A stretch of DNA of 63,146 bases, the filler included, from Octopus bimaculoides (lineage: Eukaryota): the NCBI RefSeq assembly GCF_001194135.2. It is 5 parts of 4 records of this genome, joined end to end, with 100 filler letters (N's around TTAATTAATTAA, not from the genome) between each part and the next. Parts side by side here need not be neighbours in the genome. Positions count along the whole stretch, not along the records: positions 1 to 31,009 come from NC_068981.1; 4 more parts are not named here. The stretch is one strand, 5' to 3'. Positions 11,841 through 23,940 of the stretch are shown one piece after another (the stretch's first letter is position 1; each line of letters starts with the position of its first letter). The translations under genes and the position numbers were made by a program. The notes beneath the pieces are model-generated. The model was not told where the DNA came from. It saw only the letters and a list, made by a program, of their open reading frames with translations, and ran no database searches.

Positions 11841-13154
11841 GTAAATGGAACCGACTTCTGCTTTATATAAAAATAAGGCTTTCAGTTTTAGCAGGCAGGT
11901 GTTAGTCAGTTTCATGCTTCCAAAGACTTGAATGGTACTTTATTTTATCCACCATGAAAGCATGAAAGGCAGAACTATTATGGATGAGTGCATGTTAAAT
12001 GTAAATGCAACATTGTTACTTTGATTGTTTTTATTTTGTGTGCTTATTACAAATTAATTATTGTCAGACAAAGCCTTAGCACACAATAGCAAATGTGTTG
12101 ATAAAATAAGTACCAGATGAGTACTGGGATCAATGTAATTGACGACCCCCTCTACCAAAACTTCCAGCTTATGCCTATACTAAAAAGACTTATAACATTT
12201 TCAACGGGTTTTTTTTTTTTTTGTGAATTTCTACTACATTATCAGTTGCATTGCTGTGTTCCTGAGATCTGTACAGCATTGTCTTTCAGGAATGTAGATC
12301 TTTGTATACTACATAAGCTTTGCTTTGTTGCAACCTTTTGATCCTGGTCTGGCTTCTGTTCTGAAGATAAATTCCTCCCTTCATTATTCAAGTTTATGAG
12401 GCACTCAAAAAGATCCTCAACTCATTATGACATTAAGAAAAACAAAAAAAGATAAACCCCAGAGTAAGAGATGACTATTCAACTATGCACTTGGTAACCA
12501 ACACAAAAAAGTCAATAACTTGTATCCTGTCGCCAACACCATGATATCTGAAAGTTTTATTAATAATATTCAGTCCACTCTAACCAGTGAGTGAATATTA
12601 TTTACTTTACTTAAGCCCTTTGTTCTCTGTGGAGCATGGGCTGTTGATGACTTTTCTCCTCTCTGGGGCTGTCTTTTTGCTTCTTTTCAGTTGCTTCCCT
12701 GCTTTTTCAGCTTCACCACAGTATTTTACATATATTTCCCTGAGAGAAGGCCTTCATTTCCAAAGTTATGTTGGTTTTGAATTGTCATCAATGATTCTGT
12801 AACTTTACATTTAGTGTTGGCCCTATGCAAACCCATTTTTACTTCTGAGAAGGAGTGAGGTGAGTCATATTAGTCTGGCCCCTGTTCTTTGACCCGTCCA
12901 GCATCAAAGGCTCTACCAGGATTTTGCACTCTGCTGGCATAGCTCTCAAGGTCATTGAGGTACACAAGCCACCACATTGCAGCAAGGACTGATTAAAACA
13001 CTTCCTGTAACATAAGTTGGTGTATGAAGACGACATCTTAGTATTTCAACAAATAGTTAGGAGATTCACCACAACTCCACCCCCAAAACATCCCCCCCCC
13101 CTAAAAACCAGGAAATTATTTCTGCACATTTCTTAAATATTCTGTCTGTTTCAG

Positions 13155-13256
13155 GTTGATGTTATAATAGATATGTGTTGTGCTGAAGGACAAAATCTAC
13201 GATTGTGTATACTACAGGCTAAAAATTTGGTTTCTAAACTGTTGGAAAACCATCAA
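13155..13256 (+). CDS. PALD1: Paladin-like exon 8: VDVIIDMCCAEGQNLRLCILQAKNLVSKLLENHQ
   Basis: tttcag/GTAAGT, 102 nt. Contains the VD..ID.C....NLR..I motif. Confidence 0.9.
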
Positions 13257-13770
13257 GTAAGTTTGTTTTATATCTAAAAATTTTCTTTTTAAAATGTTTC
13301 TTGAGATTCCAGCTTATAATGCCATGTGTTTATGTATCATGCATATGTCTTACAACTAGTGCACAAAACAAAGGAAAAAAAATTGTGCTCAAGGTTTCCA
13401 AAATGAAGTTTTTTTTTTGTTTGTTAATTCAAGATGGTTATTCTCATGGTTGTACACATACTTTGTGGAGAAAGACAAAATTTTCACACCACAAAATTTT
13501 TGTCTGCATACAAAATTAGTAGGAACATTATTTATGAATAATGTGGGGGTTGAAACGATCTTAACATAAACTTTTGATTAAAAGATATATAAGTTATAGG
13601 TGCAGGCATGGCTGTGTGGTAAGAAGCTTGCTTCCCAATCACATGGTCCCTCGTTCAGTCCCACTGTGTGGCACTTTGGCCAAGTGTCTTCTACTATAGC
13701 CTCCTGCTGACCAAAGCCTTGTGAGTGGATGTGGTGGACAGAAACGGAAAGAAGCCTATCGTATATATAT

Positions 13771-15150
13771 TAGGGTGGAGTGAAAAATGCAACTTTGGAA
13801 ATTAGTAACCAAGAATTAATATTTTGTTGTGAATTAGGGTTAAAAGAGGGGTGTATAAAGAAATTTGCAGTTAAATATTTATTTCAGGCTCCACAATGCA
13901 ATTGAAAATTTTTTAAATCGCTATTTTAGGTTGAATTTTGGATTTTATGGATAAGTCATAATGAATACATATTTCTACATAGCAGAATGCAAAACAGTAA
14001 ATATAGTATCCTTAAGAGGTTGCATACCAAGTTTCAATAAAATAGACTATAAAAAGAACAGGAGTGTGAACTTCTTTCCAGTGTCACTGCAATGGTCATT
14101 GTGTGTGGACTCATGTTGTACATGTGTGAAGTTTTCTGCATTGTACCTTGACTTTAGGCTATTGTATTAAAATTAATGATCATGTTAAATTTAGTGTTGT
14201 TTACATTTCGTGATGATTCATAAGCCAATAACGTGTCATGATATTGAAAGCTGAATATTTGGTACTCCATATGATCTTAGTAAGCGAGTTTTGCCAACTT
14301 ATACTGATGTACTAAAATGTGTTTTATTTGAATGAGAAAAAGACAAGAATGTAGTTTAGAAAGATCTTTCAATTAAACAAATTGTCAAGATCATCATCAT
14401 TCATCATCATCATCGTTTAACGTCCGCTTTCCATGCTAGCATGGGTTGGACGATTTGACTGAGGACTGGTGAAACCAGATGGCTACACCAGGCTCCAATC
14501 TGATTTGGCAGAGTTTCTACAGTTGGATGCCCTTCCTAACGCCAACCACCCAGAGAGTGTAGAGGGTGCTTTTACGTGCCACCGGCACGAAGGCCAGTCA
14601 GGCGGTACTGGCAACAGCCACGCTCAAAATGGTGTATTTTATGTGCCACCCGCACAAGAGCCAGTCCAGGTGCACATCCAGCCCTTGTGTTATGATTGAG
14701 TCAGTTAAACCGAAAATCTTAAACTTTTATCTGAAGTACCAAGCATTATTAAAATCTGTATAAAATAGAAAGAATGTGCCATTGTTTCAAACAAAGTGTA
14801 ATGTGTTTAAAAACAGTGCAACAAAAGATTTATTTGATATTTCCTGTTGCAAATGCAATTCCTTTAAAAACTGTAGTTGTAGTAGAGACAAAAATGTACT
14901 ACAGAGAGAACAAGATTTTTTACAGGATCAACAGACGAATAGAAAATTGATCATTGGTGGAATAGATCAAGCAGTATCTAAACGGAACATTCAGAGGTTA
15001 ATTAGAAAGAATCAGCCAGATCAGAGTCACCCTTCTACATCAGCAAAGGAAAATTTAAGATTTTTGGTTTAACTGATTCAATTGTAGCACAAGGGATGGA
15101 TGCCTTTTGCCAAAGAAAAATTATCTTTTCTGCTACAACCTTGACAATTT
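13771..15150 (+). mobile_element. Internally deleted DNA transposon (hATm-like, tentative), interrupted by a SINE
   Basis: Starts TAGGGTGG. Fragment LFDISCCKC.SF.NCSC...FLQDQQTNRKLIIGGID at 14776-15072 recalls invertebrate DNA-transposon proteins. Family assignment is from memory. Confidence 0.45.
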
Positions 15151-16354
15151 GTTTAATTTATTTTAATGTGTGTGTAATCTAGACCTCATGTAACATATAT
15201 TTGGTTACCTAGTATTAAAAATAATAAAGAAAACAAAGTCGAAAAGTATATTTATTTCATATAATTTTGAAATTTCAAGTGTGTTGCGGAACCTGAAGAT
15301 GTAAATTTAAGAACTTCAGACTTTAACACAGTTGATTTTAAAGGATTTCGCTATAAAAAATATATTCTTGAACACATATTTTGAAAATCTGTGTAAAATG
15401 TATNNNNNNNNNNNNNNNNNNNNNNNNNNNNNNNNNNNNNNNNNNNNNNNNNNNNNNNNNNNNNNNNNNNNNNNNNNNNNNNNNNNNNNNNNNNNNNNNN
15501 NNNNNNNNNNNNNNNNNNNNNNNNNNNNNNNNNNNNNNNNNNNNNNNNNNNNNNNNNNNNNNNNNNNNNNNNNNNNNNNNNNNNNNNNNNNNNNNNNNNN
15601 NNNNNNNNNNNNNNNNNNNNNNNNNNNNNNNNNNNNNNNNNNNNNNNNNNNNNNNNNNNNNNNNNNNNNNNNNNNNNNNNNNNNNNNNNNNNNNNNNNNN
15701 NNNNNNNNNNNNNNNNNNNNNNNNNNNNNNNNNNNNNNNNNNNNNNNNNNNNNNNNNNNNNNNNNNNNNNNNNNNNNNNNNNNNNNNNNNNNNNNNNNNN
15801 NNNNNNNNNNNNNNNNNNNNNNNNNNNNNNNNNNNNNNNNNNNNNNNNNNNNNNNNNNNNNNNNNNNNNNNNNNNNNNNNNNNNNNNNNNNNNNNNNNNN
15901 NNNNNNNNNNNNNNNNNNNNNNNNNNNNNNNNNNNNNNNNNNNNNNNNNNNNNNNNNNNNNNNNNNNNNNNNNNNNNNNNNNNNNNNNNNNNNNNNNNNN
16001 NNNNNNNNNNNNNNNNNNNNNNNNNNNNNNNNNNNNNNNNNNNNNNNNNNNNNNNNNNNNNNNNNNNNNNNNNNNNNNNNNNNNNNNNNNNNNNNNNNNN
16101 NNNNNNNNCTCTATTTGACTCGTATCTCGAATGTTGTCTGGTCATTCTGCCGATGATAGTCCTACCTTTGTGAGATATATAATTTTTATCTTACTAAAAT
16201 TGACTTGAAACCATGGTACGGAATATAGATTGGTAAATGTTTTTATTTTTCATTCCCTTTCGAAATTATCCCTATTTTTTGTGGTATGTAGTCTTGCTGC
16301 TATTTCTAGTGGGTTAGATGTCCTATTACAGGTATCTCTGTATTTTAAATAAAA

Positions 16355-16394
<40 letters not shown>

Positions 16395-16665
16395 TATTGA
16401 AGGCTGGAACTAGACAAAATTAGATTGATTTAGTCAGTATAACCAAAGATATATTGCTTCATATCAATTAAGTGCTAGAGAGAAATTTAAGCAACTGACT
16501 ATCCTTAATGTAAATCTGTATCTAATTAAGTGTGCATATATGATGGACTTCTGCATGGTTTCCATCAACTAAATTCTATTCACAAGGCATTGATCAACAC
16601 TGTGCTATACTAACAGACACTTGGCAATGGTGTCATATTGTGGAGCAAACTTGGACTCATGTATT

Positions 16666-16868
16666 CTTTTCTACTCTAGGCACAAGGCCCAAAATTTTGG
16701 GGGAGGGGGCCAGTCGATTAGATCGACCCCAGTACGCAACTGGTACTTGATTTATCGACTCCAAAAGGATGGAAGGCAAAGTCAGCCTCAGTGGAATTTG
16801 AACTCAGAACGTAAAGACAGATGAGATACCACTAAGCATTTTGCCTGGCATGCTAGCATTTCTGCCAC
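16666..16868 (-). mobile_element. tRNA-headed SINE family C with a perfect 16-bp TSD
   Basis: TSD cttggactcatgtatt at 16650-16665 and 16869-16884. Other copies at 5475-5672(-), 7571-7783(-), 17985-18385(+, two copies) and 24750-24970(+). Confidence 0.88.
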
Positions 16869-17358
16869 CTTGGACTCATGTATTTGTAAAGCTAACTTCT
16901 TTATCATATAGCTATTCCTGTGCCTATACTTAGAGAAAATTATCCTTTTGTTTTAATTTGTTAGTATTTTGTTTAATATAGGGTAACATATTTCTTCTGA
17001 TTATTTGATAAAGAGAGCATTGATATCTTGAGGTGACAGGGTATGGGACAACTAGTAAAGAGGTCACTTGATGATGGTATCTTGCCACTGGTACTGCAAT
17101 GCTTACAAGACTTATCAAACGGCTTTGGGTTCTGTCCCACTGCATGTTACCTTGGATAAGTATCTCCTACTAAAGCTCCAGGTCAACCAAAGCCTTGTGA
17201 GTGGATTTGCTTGATGGAAACTGAAAGAAGCTCATTATGTATATGTTCGTATTTTAATGTTCCACTTAGGCATAGTGATACTAATAAGTGTTAGTTGAGT
17301 ACAGAGCACAATATGAAATTAAATAAATGACAAAGGAATGGGAAATTCTACAATAAAT

Positions 17359-17513
17359 TTCATTATCTTACAGCTGTTTCTGCAATAAGATGAGGTGTAT
17401 CACCATATAACTTCCTTGGAGCTTCTAATATGAAGGAAGCTATAAGGTGATGTACTTGCAGTCAGCTCTGAGTGCACTGCATCTTATAGCAGAAACAGCT
17501 GTAAGCTAATGAA
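17359..17513. repeat. Foldback element with nested inverted arms
   Basis: Outer arms cttacagctgtttctgcaataagatg / catcttatagcagaaacagctgtaag; inner arms atcaccatataacttcctt / aaggaagctataaggtgat. Confidence 0.8.
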
Positions 17514-18529
17514 GCCCATTGCATTGAGTATATATATATATATATATATATGCACATGTGTGTGATAGTGAGACTTTGTACTTGCCTTGTTGTCATGTCT
17601 ATTTGCTGGTTGTAAACAATGGCTCACTGAAAATATCAGATGTTGTCATTTGCTTGCAGTCCACTGTGAAAGCAAGTTCGGGCTTCTTGACATGTTTTGA
17701 CATGCTGTGTGATCTTTGTAAGTAAAAGGCTTGTTTATATAGTTGTCAGTTCTCTTTGTAAACATGTCCTGGCTGTTTGCTTATCAAAAGGCTGTGAGAA
17801 TATTGCTTTACTTGAAAAAAGCTGGGGGTAGGTATTAGGAAGGGTGTCTGGTTGTAGAAAACTCTGCCCCAGTATATTCACATCTGATCCATGCAAACAT
17901 GGAAAAGATGGCATTAACACAATGATGACCATGATAGTTATAGCATTCATAGTTGTAATATTAGTAGTTATGATAAGGTGGCGAGCAGGCAGAATTGTTA
18001 GCACATCAGACAAAGTGCTTAGCAACTTTTTGTCCATCTTTATATTCTGAATTTAAATGCTGCCAAGGTCAACTGCCTTTTGTCCTTTCAGGGTTGATGA
18101 AATAAGTACCAGTTGAGCACTGTGGTCAATGTAATTGACTTACCCCCCACCACTCCTACAAAATTACTAGTCTTTTTCCAGATGGCAGAATCGTTAGCAC
18201 ACTGGGCAAAATGCTTGCAGCATTTCAACCGTCTTCTACATTCTGAGTTCAAATATTGCCAGGGTTGACTTTGCTTTTCATTGTTTTGGAATTGATGATA
18301 TAAGTATCAATTGGATCCTGGTGTCGATGTAATCGACTTACCCCCTACCCCAAAATTGTTGGCCTTGTGCAAAAAATTGAAGCCAGTATTTGTAGTTATG
18401 ATATCAATAGTAATGATCTTCATATGAGGCACCACTAGCTATAATAAAAAGTATTTATGATATTGATACATGTGATGTCTTATGATGTATTGTCAGAATG
18501 TAATAAAGTCGTTTACTCTCTACAAACAG

Positions 18530-18622
18530 ATCAAAGAATCTCAGGAGGCAACAAACAAAGCACTTCGGTATTTAGATCGTTATTTCTACCTAATTTGTTT
18601 TAATGCATATCTTGCTGAACAG
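18530..18622 (+). CDS. PALD1: Paladin-like exon 9: IKESQEATNKALRYLDRYFYLICFNAYLAEQ
   Basis: aaacag/GTATGT, 93 nt. AL.YL.RYFYLI.FN.YL is a paladin hallmark. Confidence 0.95.
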
Positions 18623-19665
18623 GTATGTATTTTTCCTTCATATTCAATAAACGATATATTGTGTATTATCATGTATTATTTTGTGTCCCAACATCAAATT
18701 TTCAAGTCACATTAAAGTTAATAAAAGTTTGTGATTGTTACTTTAAAAAAGAAATAAATATTCCTTATATAAAAATAATTAATGTTTACAATGAAAGAAT
18801 GAAGAATTGCTTCTGTGCTCACTGAGCCTGCTAGAAATAGCAGCTTAATTTTCTTCCTCATATACTTCCATCTTAAAAATAGAAGGATGAGTCACAAAAA
18901 CAAAAAAATAAAAATGAAAATACAAGATTATTATGGTTGAAAAGAACGTTTGTATCATAGAACCAGGGGTGGTCAGGGGTAGTCCCAGGTGGTTTGATAT
19001 CAGAAGGGTTAAGGATATGGTGCAATGCCTGTTGCAGAGTTAAACAAATAATTTTATAACAAAGACATCACTATCAAGCAATGAACTTGCAGAATCAATA
19101 AAATGTTGGATACAATACTTCATGGTATTTGTTCTGACTGTCTGCCTTCTGTGTTCAAACCCCACCAATGTTAACTTTGTCTTCCATCCTTTTTGGGTTT
19201 CACTGAATAAAAACTGAAAGGTAATTTTCTATTGTAACAAGATGGGATCAGGGAACAAAACTTATTTTGCTTGTTTGAGTGGGTGGGGGAACCCTCACAT
19301 CCAGAATATTATTAAATCTCATTTTTTTGAATTATCTATTCTGGAGTAGATAATCTATTTACTTTGTATGCTCTATTTAACCTTTGCTTCAACACATCCT
19401 AAGGTTCAATTTCTTTTTTGACTTTTCTATTTATAAATGGTTGGTTATCTAGAGAAAAGGACAGAAAAAACGCTATACATAAATATTTCTTTAAATAGCA
19501 GAAACCAACACTAGCAACTTCCAATAGTTCACATGTATGATAATCATAACAATTCTTCATACTGCCATGTTGGATGAGAACCACAATAGTTCTTCAAGCC
19601 AACACAGTAGCCTAAAGGTTTGTTGTGGCTCTCATACAAGGAAACTTACCTAAGTATTATATATT

Positions 19666-20716
19666 ACTAGCAGTATAGCCTGGCGCTGCCCGGGATTAAG
19701 CTAGGATTATTAAGTGATCAAGTGCTTTATTTCAAACCAAAATAAGTAACATGGACATCAGATTTGAGCGAAATCCGTTGAAATTGGTTTGGCTGAAAAT
19801 GGTTTGCTGGCAATTTGATTGGGAAATCCCATAAGGAATCAGTTTATTGGTTATTTCCACTCATTGACTGTTTTTTTTTTAAAGTTGCATTAGAGATCTG
19901 CATAGGAAAAGGTTGGTCTGAAGGTTTGCATTGGGGATGTGAATTGGAGTAACTTAGGAAAACTNNNNNNNNNNNNNNNNNNNNNNNNNNNNNNNNNNNN
20001 NNNNNNNNNNNNNNNNNNNNNNNNNNNNNNNNNNNNNNNNNNNNNNNNNNNNNNNNNNNNNNNNNNNNNNNNNNNNNNNNNNNNNNNNNNNNNNNNNNNN
20101 NNNNNNNNNNNNNNNNNNNNNNNNNNNNNNNNNNNNNNNNNNNNNNNNNNNNNNNNNNNNNNNNNNNNNNNNNNNNNNNNNNNNNNNNNNNNNNNNNNNN
20201 NNNNNNNNNNNNNNNNNNNNNNNNNNNNNNNNNNNNNNNNNNNNNNNNNNNNNNNNNNNNNNNNNNNNNNNNNNNNNNNNNNAAAGTAGTATATGTGCGT
20301 GTGTGTGAGAGTGAGAGGTGGGAGAAAGATGAACGATTTAAAACAAATAAATGATTTAAAATAAATATATTTGAATTGTTGTGTGAGAAAGTATATATAA
20401 TCTCATTATAGAATATAGTGTCTTTCAAAAACATCGTATATTTTAAACTATATCTCATGTTTAAGAAAAAAAAATGCCTTTTACATTTTACACTTAACTA
20501 CATTTTCATTCCTAATACGCTTTCTGCCTCCCCTTTCCACTTTTTCGTTCTTTTTTTTTTTTGTTAGACGCTAGCAAAGTAAACTCTGTCTTGCTTAGAA
20601 AAATTTGCTTTGATTTCTGTCTGCCTTACCCACTTTTTTCAATTTTTTTTATTTTATACGCTAGCAAACACTGTATCTTCCCCCTGTCACAAACACACTA
20701 TTTCTTTCTTTCTATC

Positions 20717-20749
<33 letters not shown>

Positions 20750-20990
20750 TTCACGCGCGTACGCACAGATTTGACTTCGCCATGTCAACAAACTTCAAAA
20801 TTGGTTAAAGTTTATCGAATTTTACAGGTATACGCGGGTACCTCTGAGAGAAAGTTCACTAAAATGCACATAGGGTCATTCCGAATCTTCTCCTAAAATT
20901 GGAGCGACATGCATGCTAATTTGTGGACGTGCATAAACCACATTCACGTACACATACACACAAACATCCTCTGTTTTATAGATATTGATA
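19666..20990 (+). mobile_element. Non-autonomous Helitron/Helentron-like element spanning a gap
   Basis: 5' actagcagtatagcctggcgctgcccggg; 3' acacacaaacatcctctgttttatagatattgata. Confidence 0.45.
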
Positions 20991-21131
20991 TCACTAATGC
21001 CCAGGCCCCTTTTCAAATATTTATAATGACTATTGTGGTGCTGCTTGTTTTTGTATGTCTCAAATTGGTATTTATAATGTTTATTTTCATATTTTCTTAG
21101 TAGTGATTTCATTTTATAATCCTAAAGTATA

Positions 21132-21257
21132 CAGGGTGTCCACAAAGTCTGGTCACATGGGATTAACACATACTTTAAGAAATTATTATTTCTTATATTT
21201 AATTGTTTATGTTATGATTTTATTTATTCCATGTACCCAGACTTTGTGGACACCCCG
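21132..21257. mobile_element. Tc1/mariner-type MITE
   Basis: TA target sites on both sides; about 29-bp TIRs cagggtgtccacaaagtctgg..catgg. Confidence 0.8.
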
Positions 21258-21391
21258 TATAATATTGTAACTGAAAATCTGTTGAGCTCTTAGATCTGCC
21301 TTTGACGAGATATAAACAGGGATTTATAATTTCATCTCACCTTCATCACTATCATCAGCTTAATATGACATCTGTTGTTTTAACATTTCAG

Positions 21392-21517
21392 GCTCGTCAG
21401 GCATTTAATATCAACTTTAGTGCATGGATGTTGAAACATCCAAATCTTTATCGTATCCAGGAACAACTGAATCTGTTTCCCAAGAAGGGCCAAGCATTGC
21501 TGAATGAATGCATAATG
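21392..21517 (+). CDS. PALD1: Paladin-like exon 10: ARQAFNINFSAWMLKHPNLYRIQEQLNLFPKKGQALLNECIM
   Basis: tttcag/GTATGT, 126 nt. Contains the F..W...HP.LYR motif. Confidence 0.93.
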
Positions 21518-22428
21518 GTATGTTCTCCATTGGATAGTATATTCCTCACTGTGTGTTAAATGGTTATGTATTTTGAATTGGGTGACATTGTTTATTGCAT
21601 GGTATGTTGTGAGTTATATTTTGCATTGTATAACATGTATTGACATGGCTTGAAGGTTGTTGGTCTGGTCTGTGGTGATGACTGGTTGAGTTGATGAATG
21701 AAAATTTTTGTTAAATGGTATATCTCCATTTTCTTATTTTCTTTATATATATATATATNNNNNNNNNNNNNNNNNNNNNNNNNNNNNNNNNNNNNNNNNN
21801 NNNNNNNNNNNNNNNNNNNNNNNNNNNNNNNNNNNNNNNNNNNNNNNNNNNNNNNNNNNNNNNNNNNNNNNNNNNNNNNNNNNNNNNNNNNNNNNNNNNN
21901 NNNNNNNNNNNNNNNNNNNNNNNNNNNNNNNNNNNNNNNNNNNNNNNNNNNNNNNNNNNNNNNNNNNNNNNNNNNNNNNNNNNNNNNNNNNNNNNNNNNN
22001 NNNNNNNNNNNNNNNNNNNNNNNNNNNNNNNNNNNNNNNNNNNNNNNNNNNNNNNNNNNNNNNNNNNNNNNNNNNNNNNNNNNNNNNNNNNNNNNNNNNN
22101 NNNNNNNNNNNNNNNNNNNNNNNNNNNNNNNNNNNNNNNNNNNNNNNNNNNNNNNNNNNNNNNNNNNNNNNNNNNNNNNNNNNNNNNNNNNNNNNNNNNN
22201 NNNNNNNNNNNNNNNNNNNNNNNNNNNNNNNNNNNNNNNNNNNNNNNNNNNNNNNNNNNNNNNNNNNNNNNNNNNNNNNNNNNNNNNNNNNNNNNNNNNN
22301 NNNNNNNNNNNNNNNNNNNNNNNNNNNNNNNNNNNNNNNNNNNNNNNNNNNNNNNNNNNNNNNNNNNNNNNNNNNNNNNNNNNNNNNNNNNNNNNNNNNN
22401 NNNNNNNNNNNNNNNNNNNNNNNNNNNN

Positions 22429-22467
<39 letters not shown>

Positions 22468-22790
22468 CTGTGTGTGTGTGTGATGTAGACTTAGTACACT
22501 TGAAAATGGCTGGAGAATATGCAAAATGAAATATATTGTAGGCAGGAACTGAAAAGATGAATTCTTTCACATTAATATTGACAGGATGAATTTTTTTGTA
22601 AATGTTCATACTGTTGAAACAATTAGTTTTAGAAGCTGGACAACCTTTCCATTCTAATCATTCAACAATAGAGCTAATTGCCAGCCAGGTAGACTGAGGT
22701 AAGTTATGATGGAGTTTCTGTAAGAACATATGATGGCTGTAGTTAATATTTAACTATAAGGTAATGTGGTCAATACTCTCAGCATCTTAA

Positions 22791-23008
22791 CCCTTTTGTT
22801 ACTGTATTTATTTTGAGATGCTCTGTATTTCTTTCAATTACTTTAAATATAACAAAGAAGTTAGTAAAATAACTTAGTTATCATTCAGCTAGTGTTAGGA
22901 ACAAATTGTGACTAAGGTTTGGTGGAAGATTTTTATTCAAAATTTATGAAAACAAGACATTTGTACTCAAAGCCAGACCTGGTTTCAGCTGGGCTGGTAA
23001 CAAAAGGG
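22791..23008. mobile_element. piggyBac-like MITE, different family
   Basis: ttaa|cccttttgttac ... gtaacaaaaggg|tgaa TIRs. Confidence 0.65.
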
Positions 23009-23124
23009 TGAACAACACAAGCACTGTTCCTGATTTCCATTAATTAATAAATCTGAAAGTTATCAATCATTAAAATATAGACAGCATTGTACTTATGAAA
23101 GTAAGTCTTTCTCTCTAAATCTAG

Positions 23125-23244
23125 GTTGAAGACACTATCAGTCAGGAAGACCGTTTGAGTTCAATACAGAATTTAAGTGTAGCTAACTTTCAAAAGGTCA
23201 CTGGTCATCTTCCTCTTTATGGTATGGCACAGCCTGTTTCTCAG
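23125..23244 (+). CDS. PALD1: Paladin-like exon 11: VEDTISQEDRLSSIQNLSVANFQKVTGHLPLYGMAQPVSQ
   Basis: atctag/GTAAGT, 120 nt. VANF.KV...P.YG.AQP marks the start of repeat 2. Confidence 0.93.
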
Positions 23245-23303
23245 GTAAGTCAAAGAAGATTATGTTGTTTTACTGTTGATTTCTTTAAAGTCATACTAAT
23301 ATT

Positions 23304-23519
23304 CTTTTCTACTCTAGGCGCAAGGCCCAAAATTTTAGGGGAGTGGGGGCAGTCGATTAGATCGACCCCAGTATGCAACTGGTACTTAATTTATCGACCC
23401 CGAAAGGATGAAAGGCAAAGTCGACCTCAGCAGAATTTGAACTCAGAACATAACGACAGACGAAATACTGCTAAGCATTTTGCCCAGCGTGCTAACATTT
23501 CTGCCAGCTTGCTGCCTTA
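23304..23519 (-). mobile_element. SINE family C copy with a 14-bp TSD (one mismatch)
   Basis: gtcatactaatatt at 23290-23303 versus gtcattctaatatt at 23522-23535. Confidence 0.88.
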
Positions 23520-23617
23520 ATGTCATTCTAATATTACATATAGCAAAGTAATGGTTTGGCACATTCATTAAAGCCTTGCAAGAAATATCTTGCTGTATTT
23601 TTTTTCTACATTCTATA

Positions 23618-23940
23618 GGTAGAGGACACCAAAAGGGGTCTCAAGGAGTAGCATCTCTGCCTTCCTGAGCTAGTTTTCCACCACATTTCTTAAAAATCGT
23701 GGTAGAGGCCTTGGTCTCGGGACCACTCATGTCTAGAAACTGAGGTTGGGGATAAGCAATGGCATGCTTCCCATAGAAAATCCTGTTCCAAAAAAACCTC
23801 ATGATAGCAAGGGAGAATGGGAACCAGCCAGCCCAAAGGTTGGGATGGGCTGCACCTGTCTGCCTCTGTTGCTATGCCATTGAGGTAGATCTGGCCACCC
23901 CCGGTAACAGGGACAAAACCTGAATTTAAAACACTGGATG
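23618..23940 (+). mobile_element. Repeat family X copy; inverted partner at 25160-25480
   Basis: Shared segments include ctcatgtctag..actgaggttgggg and ccagcccaaaggttgg. Confidence 0.7.

Noticed and set aside
14469-14699. Recurrent ORFs MKPDGYTRLQSDLAEFLQLDALPNANH (also near 4336, 5874, 34473)
   Set aside because: These are translations of the family B repeat, not a gene family.
15332-16156. Long ORFs of 130-310 aa in the ORF track (also near 20, 22, 33, 41, 54, 60 and 62 kb)
   Set aside because: They run through N gaps (poly-X) and are not real coding evidence.
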